Assembly: GCA_010015585.1 (NCBI GenBank)
Contig: ML975155.1
Strand: one strand, 5' to 3'
Source of the DNA: Eremomyces bilateralis CBS 781.70
Taxonomy: Eukaryota
Length of the DNA stretch: 20,000 nucleotides
This document shows, piece after piece, positions 1-9,980 of the stretch (the first letter of the stretch is position 1; each line of letters begins with the position of its first letter). The position numbers and the translations under genes were made by a program. A model generated the notes under the pieces. It was not told the origin of the DNA. It saw nothing but the letters and a program-made list of their open reading frames with translations, and did no database searches.

Positions 1-1558
1 GAGATTATCTCGTTCAAAGATAAACCATCCAGAACATCAACATTGAGAAACTTGTACGTCTCGCAAAGAGTCCGGTATTGAGAAACCTCGGGAGGGAGAG
101 ATCGAAAGCAAGAGCGATAGCCTGATTCAGTTCCTTTGACGGCTATATCGAAGAGAGGTATTCCGTGGTGAACAAGCTCGGTTGAGTTTGGATCAGATGC
201 CTTTTGAAGTCGAACGAAGGATGCCAGATACTGAATTTTGGAAACATCAAGACTGTAAACTACTCCCCCAATCCTAATTTTAGTTTTGCTGGCTTCTTTA
301 TTACTTTCGGGTTCCAATGACTTTCCTGTTAGCTTTCTGGACGTCGGCACTTTTAAAGTAAACTTACCTGAGATAAACTTGTTTGAGCAGTCTTAGCTTC
401 TGATGGACCGACATTACTAGCATCAAGATTGGGTTGGGGATCGTCCCATTTCAAATACAAGTCCTCAGGCAACATCTTTTTCTCATCCATCTTAGAGACC
501 ACCAACCTATCTCTCAAGGCATCATACCTCAGAACTCCCTGACCACCAACTGCCTTCACCGCATCAATGATTCTCCGAATCAATACAGCCAGTTTCCTCA
601 GGTGGCCTTGGTTTTGTTGCTCCCAACTCTTGATTTGAACTGTCACGTCTTCAACGTCCGGTCTCTCAAAGATGCCGTTCCGATGATAGGCTCGTACAAG
701 CTTCGGGGTTTGTGATACCCAAAGCTGAGGTGCAACTTCTTGAATCGTAAGAGGTTTATGAGCCACGCGGGTTTTGATCTCAAGGGTTGATTCAAGAGGC
801 ACTGCTTGGCCCGTTTCTTTAACAATCAGATTGGTCTTAACAGGCCTGTTATTTGCTGTAGACAGGACCAAAGATCCCAAGGCACTGGAGAGACTATCAA
901 TTCCTTGCTCCTTCCTCGTTGCGGAGAATGTTGTTGTTCGAGTGCCCACATATCCATCCGTTTCGTGGCGGATGATGACGTTCAGATCGCTAAAACGGTA
1001 TGAGATAATTCGGTGATGTCCAGTACTGCCGCTGACCTGGCTAGTAGTATACGCCTTCTCGAATTCATGACCATACCCTCTGAATTTATGCGGTCCGATA
1101 AACTCATAGGTTGCGGTCTCATCACGACAGAATATTGCGGTGTCCTTTACAATCTCGACTTTGATGGTGAAGGCTTCAATTCCACCTGGACCAGAAGAAA
1201 CGAACGACAGAAGTTTACGAATGTTGTTGCGGTCAGATACAACATCAATTGAGCAGATGTCAAATGAAGGGCTGGTCATGTACAGTGAGCGGAAAAGTGG
1301 CTCAAGCGGGCTATCTGGATGTCGAGCCGCATTTTGCGCAATATAGATGAGGCCGGAGTCCTTGTTCAACTGTCGTGTAGCTCTTGGAACTGACCAAAGT
1401 GCTGGGCTGCCTGGAACGGCGATGGTAGGTGTAGATTTGGGTGCCTCAATCCAGTTATAGGAAGAAATATGCTTGACATCAGTGATGGAAGCTGAAAGTG
1501 TGCTGGGTGCTTGGAGATCTAGGCGAGAGATCTCGGTTTCGATAGTATTGGATGCCAT
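1..1558 (-). CDS. DXO/Rai1-like PD-(D/E)XK nuclease-fold protein (a fungal family often labelled 'geranylgeranyl pyrophosphate synthetase') with a spliced C-terminal BTB-like segment; 3' end lies outside the window
   Basis: Exon 1 is 1558-368. It contains SYNW..PTIAVPGSP, DVVSDRNNIRKLL, GYGHEFEKAYT, HETDGY, LEIKTR and PQLWVSQT, in the order of the DXO/Rai1 motifs. The ORF-track stop lies inside an intron 367-321 (CAG|GTAAGT donor, GCTAAC branch, AAG acceptor). Exon 2 (320 to <1) stays open: SLEPESNKEASKTKIRIGGVVYSLDVSKIQYLASFV...IPLFDIAVKGTESGYRSCFRSLP...LCETYKFLNVDVLDG. Confidence 0.75.
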
Positions 1559-2168
1559 TGAAGAAGCTGGACATCAATTTGAAAGGTGGAAAAGCGAAGA
1601 AAGGTTTAAACCTGGGGGAAACCTCACGGTGTGATATCCATGGTTTCGAGCAATAAATAATCCTTGCTGAGTAGCTAACAGCAGACAGATAGGCCCAGCA
1701 TGCGCGATTTTTGATTGCCATTTGTTGCACTGTGACCCATTGTAAGAATCCAAATGCGTCCAGCCGCATCTATTCATCCTGAGAATGTTGCGCAGGCAGA
1801 TATAGCAAGGCTGACAACTTGCGGCACAGCACATTCATTTAGCAAATCAACGTTGGACATGACCCTTCTTGACATGTGTCATGTCTACCGACCAGTTCTC
1901 GCTGGAGGAATCTGCCAGCAGTCTCAGAGATGTGGTTTGCTCGATGGTTACACAAACGCTACGTGTACAGCATTCTGTGGACTAGTATCGGAAAGGTTGG
2001 GCGTTGCTACCCTTTCTTTATATATTATCGAAGGGGATGAGGAAGGACGATTAGACAAAATGACAGTTCATTTACTCTCTCATTCCTTTGAACACGATTC
2101 ATTGCTCTAGAATCATCACACCCAACTTTCAAAAGTGAACAGCGGATGTCACTGTGTCTATATTCACG

Positions 2169-2966
2169 ATGGATATTGATAATATGGCGGAGCAACATAC
2201 TCGGCTGATAAGCACTCAGAAACAAACTTTACAGAGAGCCAAAGCGCGTCAGGGCCAGCGACCTCGCGTTCGAAAGTCCAGACAGGATGCCTACGCAAAA
2301 TTCATGCTTCCTCTCATGCTAGGAACACCCAAAGAAGACGGCCAGATGATTCACTCGTCCTTTATTCCCCCAGCTTATCATCCGTGCAGTACGCCGGTAG
2401 CCCAGTTACAGCGCATCGTGATTAGAGAGCTCCAGCTAGAGACACACCATCGAGGCACGTATCTCTTGCTACGGTCCATCACACCGCCTCGTCGCATGAC
2501 CGCGATTATGGCACTCGTGGAGGATGAAGAAGGCGATGCCATGATGCTGCAGTTATACCAACTAGAAGACGAGAGCACCCGTAAGGCAGCCGATATGGTC
2601 AGCGTTGGTACCATCCTGTTGTTGAAGGAGCCATACTACAAGGTTATGGCCGACGGCGAGTATGGTCTCCGTGTTGATCATCTCTCAGATGTGGCGTACC
2701 TTGATATGGATGACACCAGAATCCCGGAGGTGTGGCGGCCTCGAATGATGGGACTACAGCAAACAGCCGAGTCGTTGAAGATCAGGGGTAATCTGGCTAT
2801 GGGCGAAAAGAGATATTGGGATGCGAGTACAGAGTAAGCGTACCACGTTAAGAGTAGAATCGACGGCCGCATATCTGAACATGTGGACAACTGTAGTGTG
2901 GTATACAACAATAGAGCGCAATTAGATCAATCATACCATATCGACTTATGGAGGGCTCTCAAATGA
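2169..2966 (+). pseudogene. N-terminal part of a fungal TPR(-SET) domain protein, apparently truncated
   Basis: ATG at 2169. The block HSSFIPPAYHPC...LETHHRGTYLLLR...EDEEGD...LQLY...KEPYYKVMADGEYGLRVDHLSD is followed by the start of a TPR helix (AESLKIRGNLAMGEKRYWDA). A GTAAGC donor sits at 2834. The best acceptor (TAG at 2896) gives only DVVYNNRAQLDQSYHIDLWRALK* (stop at 2966). There is no room for further TPRs or a SET domain before EMP65. Confidence 0.6.
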
Positions 2967-3395
2967 ATTAGAATGAAAATGAGCCGCAGTTCTCAAAACA
3001 GAGTGTACCTCAACCAAGGTTTATTGGTGACTAGATAATATTACTGAATGGAAGTTGAAGCATAGCATGGGAAATCATGGACAAGCGGTGGCTGTGGCTG
3101 ACTAGTCATCAATCTATCAGCCCGATGAGATGTCGTTGATGTGGCGGTGCTTGTCCTGAGTGGAGACCACTCCGCAACTAGAAGTCGGAGGTCCGCAATG
3201 TTTGGTGACGATTGACGAGGAACAAAGGAAACCACTTCTTCTCGTACTGATTCTCTAATGAGTGTGAGGGCCTTGGAATCAAGAGTCCATAAATCGCATT
3301 GCCTTTGCGCTTGAAGCTACCTCATAACCTAGTTTGGGACGCCATGCCGCAGCATCACCGATCTCTCCCGCTTGCATGCTCCACATCCACCGAAG

Positions 3396-6290
3396 ATGGT
3401 GAGCAGCATATCAGATGGCCAGCTTCCGACGCCCGGTCTCTCTCCAGAAACACGTTCTTCCAGCATAGATAGACAGCCGAAGGATGCTTTTCAAACCCTT
3501 GAATTCCAATCTCTAGGTGGCATCTCGGAAGACAGCGGCACCGCGACACCGAATACGACATACGTTGCGGAAAGTATATTAAGCCCAACCGGGGATCCCA
3601 AAGATGCCAGATATGGTTCACATCGATCGTCAGTCTCGGATAACCGTCACCGAAGTAGCTCCGGCAAAGAGAGGGACAGAATCCTGAAACTGTCACCGGC
3701 ACAATTAAAGCAACTGACGACGTCCCCAACGGCTGTTCCCCTTCGCGCGGCAACACCCATCTCGGGATCGGAAGATATCTTTGCGCTGGACGACTCTCCA
3801 ACGAAAGCGGAGCCCGGAAGCTCTGGGAGAGATGATGAGCGACATGCGCCGAATAACATGGACCCCGAAGCGATCCCTACGAACGGAATTTCTCTTGCCA
3901 ACGGATCGGGGGGAGACAAGAAGGCCAACAATGGTTCTGCGGACAGGAGCAAGGATATGGTAGATCCCAGAGATGGGGAAATATCAGACGCAAAGAAGCA
4001 GACGAAACCTCCACGCTCGTCACGCACCTGCTCGACTCCACCCGCCTGCAGCAGGAAGCAGTCAGGATTTCGACCTCATGGACAGCACAGGGAGAGTCTC
4101 TCTAAGACGAGGTCGCAAAACCACGTCCCACCTTCGTTGAATTTGAAAGATAGCAGCAGGGTCCGGTCCGATCAAGCCTCCGGTGGATTGCGTACTCCTT
4201 CATCAAGCCTCGACCCGATTCCATCCCCTCTACATTCCGCTCTTCCACTGCCTCCGGTGTCCATGCCGACATACCTTCAACTCGAACTCTCTTCAGAGAA
4301 ACCATCACCCCTATACATCCACAGGTCACCGGCTACTGACTTTCCATACGAATCTTCTTCTGTCAAGTTCCAGCGACTTGTGAACTTCCTGCTCCTGCCT
4401 CCGAATTTCGAGCAGGTTATGTGGTTTGGGACCCTGGCGTGCCTCGACGCATGGCTGTACAATTTCACAATCCTTCCACTTCGTTTCATCCGGGCAGTAT
4501 GGATTCTCACCGTTTCGTTGATTCACAATGCCTGGAGGCAAGTTAGGGATCTTGGAAGGTTCATCTACAACGGCCTGGGAAGAATGTGGAACCGCTACAG
4601 GCACGGATTACGACCAAGCTCAACCGTGAAACCCAACGGATCTGCCACGTCTGTGGCTACCAAGCAAGAAGCCAGCGCCTCAGACTCGGCTCCCCAGAGA
4701 ACCGTGTCCAGGGGCCGCGAACGCTCGCAAATGCAATTGCAGGAAGACCAGAAACGAATTGACCGTCACTTGCGCCGGCGGCACCGGCGGGCTCGATCCA
4801 TGCCTTCTAAGCTCCTTCCATCCCACAAAGCGGACATTCTGAAGGGTCTGCTGATTTTCGTTAGCTGTGTCGTTCTACTGAGATTCGATGCAAGCCGGAT
4901 GTACCATGGCATCCGTGGGCAGGCGGCAATGAAGCTATATGTGATCTTCAATGTGCTTGAAATTGCAGATCGACTACTTTCCGCCATCGGGCAAGATGTC
5001 ATTGAATGTCTACTCTCGCAAGAAACCCTTGAGCGGGACAGTTACGGCAGAAGCAAGCTCATTCGACCGTTCTTCATGTTCTTGTTGGCATTGTTGTACA
5101 ACATCACGCACGCTACCGCGCTATTCTACCAGGTCATCACGCTCAATGTTGCGGTCAACTCATATTCCAACGCACTTCTAACCCTATTAATGTCGAACCA
5201 GTTCGTCGAGATTAAAGGCACCGTTTTCAAGAAGCTGGAAAAGGAGAACTTATTCCAGATGACCTGCGCTGACGTCGTGGAGCGATTCCAGCTGTGGCTC
5301 ATGATGATCATCATCGCGATGCGGAACATCGTTGAGCTTGGAGATTTCACCATCGGCCTGCCCGCTATGATGAGCAGCACCACCAGCAGCCCCACCGTGA
5401 ATACCACCACTACACCCTCTAGCAGCTCCACAATCCTCCCCATGAGCTTCACCATCCTTCCGAAATGGACGGGACAATTCCTCGGTCCGTTCGTACTCGT
5501 ACTCGGCAGCGAAATGGTGGTCGACTGGATCAAGCATGCCTACATCAACAAGTTCAACAACACCCGCCCCGAAGTCTACGGCCGATTCCTCGACGTCCTC
5601 GCCAAAGATTACTACTCCAACGCCTTCGCCTCGCAGAACCTCACGAAACGCCTCGGCCTCCCCGTCATCCCCCTCGCATGCCTCTTCATCCGCTCCTCCC
5701 TGCAAACATACCACATGTTCCTCGCCACCCACATGCCACTTCCCATCCCTTCCCCCGTGTCCTCCATCGCACTCGGCGCCGAGACGACGTCCACCCCCGC
5801 TCCCATCCCCATCCTCATCCACCTCGACCGCATTTTCCGACGCGCACTCGGCCGCTCGGCGTTCGGCGCCGGCGCCGGCAACGGTGGGATGACGGAGCCG
5901 CTCGAGGGCTGGAGTACGTGGGTGGTCGACGACGTGATCGCGCTCACGACGCTCGCGATGGTGGTGCTGGTGTGCTGGCTCCTCCTCCTCGCCATGAAGC
6001 TGCTGCTGGGGATGGCGCTGCTGACATTTTCGCGGAACCGGTATCACGGGATGAAAGAGCGAGAGCGGCAGTCGTACACGTATGTGGGAGGGAAGCGGGC
6101 AGGGGGGTGGGGGATGGTGGAGGTGGATGATGACAAGAGAAGGAGGATTTATGAGGGGGATGAGGCGGGGTTGAAGAAGAGTAGGGAGCGGGCGAAGGAG
6201 ACGGAGCAGGGGGGGAGGGATCTGGATAAGGGGAGCAAAGGGCTGGATGGCGTGGACAGGTATGCGATGGTTGCGAAGAGGATTTGGTAG
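3396..6290 (+). CDS. EMP65: ER membrane protein Emp65/TAPT1 (DUF747 family)
   Basis: Intronless ORF; first in-frame ATG at 3396. Conserved blocks: FGTLACLDAWLYNFTILPLRF, DASRMYHGIRGQAAMKLYVIFNVLEIADRLLSAIGQD, TLNVAVNSYSNALLTLLMSNQFVEIKGTVFKK, DVVERFQLW, SEMVVDWIKHAYINKFN and RLGLPVIPLACLFIR. C-terminus is RYAMVAKRIW. Confidence 0.93.
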   Translation: MVSSISDGQLPTPGLSPETRSSSIDRQPKDAFQTLEFQSLGGISEDSGTATPNTTYVAESILSPTGDPKDARYGSHRSSVSDNRHRSSSGKERDRILKLSPAQLKQLTTSPTAVPLRAATPISGSEDIFALDDSPTKAEPGSSGRDDERHAPNNMDPEAIPTNGISLANGSGGDKKANNGSADRSKDMVDPRDGEISDAKKQTKPPRSSRTCSTPPACSRKQSGFRPHGQHRESLSKTRSQNHVPPSLNLKDSSRVRSDQASGGLRTPSSSLDPIPSPLHSALPLPPVSMPTYLQLELSSEKPSPLYIHRSPATDFPYESSSVKFQRLVNFLLLPPNFEQVMWFGTLACLDAWLYNFTILPLRFIRAVWILTVSLIHNAWRQVRDLGRFIYNGLGRMWNRYRHGLRPSSTVKPNGSATSVATKQEASASDSAPQRTVSRGRERSQMQLQEDQKRIDRHLRRRHRRARSMPSKLLPSHKADILKGLLIFVSCVVLLRFDASRMYHGIRGQAAMKLYVIFNVLEIADRLLSAIGQDVIECLLSQETLERDSYGRSKLIRPFFMFLLALLYNITHATALFYQVITLNVAVNSYSNALLTLLMSNQFVEIKGTVFKKLEKENLFQMTCADVVERFQLWLMMIIIAMRNIVELGDFTIGLPAMMSSTTSSPTVNTTTTPSSSSTILPMSFTILPKWTGQFLGPFVLVLGSEMVVDWIKHAYINKFNNTRPEVYGRFLDVLAKDYYSNAFASQNLTKRLGLPVIPLACLFIRSSLQTYHMFLATHMPLPIPSPVSSIALGAETTSTPAPIPILIHLDRIFRRALGRSAFGAGAGNGGMTEPLEGWSTWVVDDVIALTTLAMVVLVCWLLLLAMKLLLGMALLTFSRNRYHGMKERERQSYTYVGGKRAGGWGMVEVDDDKRRRIYEGDEAGLKKSRERAKETEQGGRDLDKGSKGLDGVDRYAMVAKRIW

Positions 6291-6451
6291 CCGTAGATTC
6301 CTGACACCACTCGTGTCGTCGTTGTCTGATACTGCATTGTGCCGGCGTTGGTGGGTGGGATGATTAGAGTCATATTCATCGGTGAAAGGGATTGTAGCAC
6401 TTCTTTACAGAGTGGTTTGAGGCCACGATGTTAACTATCGCAGTTATTCAA

Positions 6452-7546
6452 TTACTGTATTCTATAACCTTCCGACCTTGACACTGTGAACTTGTCTAAG
6501 CCGCTATATGACCCAGAATTCGTGGCAAACTCCGCGCCCCACGCTGTCGAATACAACGAACAATACAGGCCTTGCGGCACGTCGTTCATGGAGAGAATAT
6601 ATGAATTGAAGAAAGTCTAGGTGTTTGTCAGTCCGGGCTGAATAGCGCGAGCGTGTCAAAGCCACTTACACATCCACTCTTGCCTCCACAGGCGGCAGCG
6701 CATTGGCCTGGCGAGTCGGTGCCGCCTTGGCTGAACTTGTAGAACGTGTATCCGAGATATGTAGAGGCGTCTGGCGCAACTATGGCAGCGGGAAGTTGCT
6801 CAGGGGCGCCGTCCCCTGCACTCGACTGCGGAGCCGCGACTTTGTTATATCCTGGCGATGTCTGTCAGCTTGTGCTGTCGGTCGCCCTGATTGATTGTCT
6901 ATACCGTTTGAGCCTGTTACAACAACACTGAAGCCATAAGCCATTGTGACCGCATCCGTGGCTAGGTCGCTTGTGATGGAGCTACTAAAAATCGTACACT
7001 ATTCCACGGTCAGTCCCGGGACCCGGCCAGTTTCCTAAAGATGTGGTCACGGTACCTTGAAGTTCGTGATGCTAGGAGGATTGCTGCAATCGCCGTCATC
7101 CGGGACTGCCGAGGGGTTACGTTCGATGAAGACGTTAAACCCTAAGCACCCCTCGCTCTGATTGCAGAGTTCCGCGCACACCACCGGATCATATTGCTGG
7201 AGGATATGGACAGCTTGGAAACTATCGGTCGAAACAAATGCTTGTAGTCCAGAGAATGCGGATCGATAGCCATCGGGAGTGAGAGCAGCAGCGGACAGAG
7301 CCTGAAGTCCAGCGTTAGTCGATCTTTCCGATTTGGAGGCAGTACCATTCGCAGAGCCTGCACCTTTAGTCCCTGGCTGTTAAGAAACGCTTCCGGTGTA
7401 TCAGGGGATATCGTTGGACCGGATCCAGAGAACAATGGTGCGCATTCATCGTGGCGGACCTGGTGAACCTGTTTAGTTCCATCCGCTTCGGCCAAACCGC
7501 CTACTGCCAACGACGCAACTGCAGACGCAAGAACCGAAAACCGCAT
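6452..7546 (-). CDS. Secreted cysteine-rich protein of about 289 aa with two apple/PAN-like repeats (conserved fungal hypothetical)
   Basis: Five exons: 7546-7364, 7301-7056, 6998-6905, 6851-6670 and 6616-6452. All introns are GT..AG with CTAAC/CTGAC branch sites, and the spliced length of 870 nt is in frame. Signal peptide MRFSVLASAVASLAVGGLA. Repeat 1: YDPVVCAELCNQSEGCLGFNVFIERNPS...CSNPPSITNFKCTIFS. Repeat 2: QCAAACGGKSGCTFFNSYIL...GLYCSLYS. Confidence 0.85.
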
Positions 7547-9980
7547 GTTTATGAGTAAGTATACTGGGGCGTGGGGCTGAATAATAAAGAGTGACTGCGC
7601 CCAATGGCTATAAACCCATGATTGACTTCAAGACATCGTCTTTACAGGCAACATGTAGACGGAGAGAAGACTTGGAGGAATGGAAAACACACGATAGAGG
7701 ACTTGGACCGGCAAAAGAAGGTTCCGCCACCGCGCAACACCATCATAACTTCATAAGAGTTAGCACGCAGCGGACTGCCAAACACAGACGCACTACCAGA
7801 TTTGGCATGCATAAACTGGTATACCGTCCAATCAGCAACTATCGTCCATCGTTATTTGCAATCTCGGCAGTGGAGGGGACTACATTTGGGGTAGCGTGAC
7901 GCCAGAAGCGAAGCTGGGGAGAGACCACGGACTGGACTCCAGAAGTCTGGGCCTCCCTGTTGACCGTTGACATTATTGACCTCTGATCCTCTCCCGCTTC
8001 TGGTTGTCCTCACCTCCTGCAGCCTGGCCTTATCGGATTTGTGGGCAAATATGGATTAGTTCCTAAACCACAGGGAGAGGGGGAGAGCCATGTGGAAATT
8101 GTGGTTGTTCGATAGAAGACGCCGAGGCCCACGTTGCAGGCGAGATGCTGGATGAGCAGGGGTATTGAAAATATGCGACTATGATTGGATAAGATGCCAT
8201 GGTCCTTGCTCTCTTTTAAATTACTGGCCTACTGGGTCCCTGGAATGCGTTGGCCTCATCTGATGCTGCACGCTGCAGCTGCAATTCGGAGGACAACGGC
8301 ATGGAACGATCAATCATCAACTTTGAAATGTGAACGCCCATCAGGCATCATGGCATTGTCGCTATTCGCCAGCGGCTCAGACTGCAATGGCATTCACTCT
8401 TCAGATAAGACTCATGGCAAGTTTGCTGTTCGAAGTCGAGGAGATTCATAAACCATGCCAGCTCCAGCCTTTAGGTGATAGGGGTATACCGTATACCGTA
8501 GTGATGAGTATTCTGTCCGATAAGATACGCTTCCAAACGGGCCTGGTAAATACCGATATCGCCTTCCCTTATTCATCTTTTATTGCGTATATAAATAACA
8601 GGTCATTATATTATATGGTCTAGTTGCAAGAGCATGGGAAAAATCCGATATGGAAGTCTGGAACGCCCTTTTCGAATCGCATTTCTACTTCCGCGCTGTC
8701 TCTCTCCCCCATTCTTTCTCAAACCCAGTATATAGGAGAAGAACTCCGTAATCAAGTTTCCGTCGATCTATATAGTTGGAGAAGGGAAAATCGTGTATGC
8801 TACGAACCCAAATGATGTCCTATGGATGCAGTTGGTATTGGTGACTGTCTTTCTACCTCAGGATGAATAGGTCTCCAGACTAGCAACTAAAGCCGCTGCG
8901 CTTCCTTCGTGAGATAATATTGACTCTTGGCCGTCTCTTCTCATACATCTAATTGCCGGTCCATGTGGTATAATATTCCCATTTTCCTTCGTTGGTTATC
9001 GCAGCAGCAATTACACCAGAGATATATAGATTTAGTATGAATAAGACGACGGCAAGCTTGGTTCATTGGGAACATCGTAGATGATTGGTATTCAGTTTTG
9101 TCAGTCGTTTTACATTCTATTCAATCTTCCGATCGATTCTTTCCATTGGGAGTCCGTCTTGCACTTATTTATGACATGATAGTTTCTCGGGGCCATGCTG
9201 GAATCTGCCCCTACCTACACACAGGAATTAGTACTGTACCTGTCGGCACTTGGTGTGGGAAAATAACCGTTCAGTAAAGAGGACCTTCGGGAGAGTGGAT
9301 GTCAGAGGATTACGCATCCCACAACGAACTGCAGCGATTGAGCAGGTCGAGACTACAAACGGAACGAACGGGGAAACATTCTGATACGGAATTCGCCGCA
9401 AGAGATGGAAGACTGAGGGCGATGCTCATGAAACTGTGGATGCATGTCATGACGCGAGGCAGAGGGTGCCAGGACAAGCTGAATTTCCTCGACTCCGAGT
9501 TGCTCTTATAGAATTCAACGTACGTATTTCGCAAGTAAGGGCTCTTTATCTAGGCGGCTGCGTGCAGGTAGGTTTGTCCCTTGAATTGATGCTCATTGAA
9601 GTGGACACGGGCGTCCAGCACGGGGCTCTTTGAGCGGTGAAGGTTCTGAATTCTGGAGATATCCGTAGAAGCCAAATTCCATGTGAATGTTTGGCCAGGT
9701 GGCCTCGATCTCTATTCAGCGAATGCAACAATTCATCATTGTGGGTCGTTTGTGAGAATACTGTAAATATGATGAATGCAATACTGTTCTCTCTCGGCTC
9801 CCTCTCTCTCCCTTTCTTCTTTCTTTATATACTGTATACAATCCCACTCAATCCCATTCAATTTCATAGCAGTATATTGTCAAACTTCAATCTCCCGCAT
9901 TCATACCACCTGTCCCAGTTCACTCCAGAGCCTCACTCCTTCCCAAGAAAAATCAACGATACCAGTCCCATCACACCAAG

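Noticed and set aside
353..1558. Calling the gene a geranylgeranyl pyrophosphate synthase
   Set aside because: No DDxxD motifs or prenyltransferase signature; the motifs fit a nuclease fold instead.
5126..6130. Several long overlapping ORFs (265, 221, 135, 127 and 118 aa) inside EMP65
   Set aside because: Shadow frames caused by very high third-position GC; low-complexity translations with no motifs.
7591..9300. Short ORFs of 60-100 aa in the intergenic region
   Set aside because: No recognisable motifs, mostly non-ATG starts, and no convincing splice chain.
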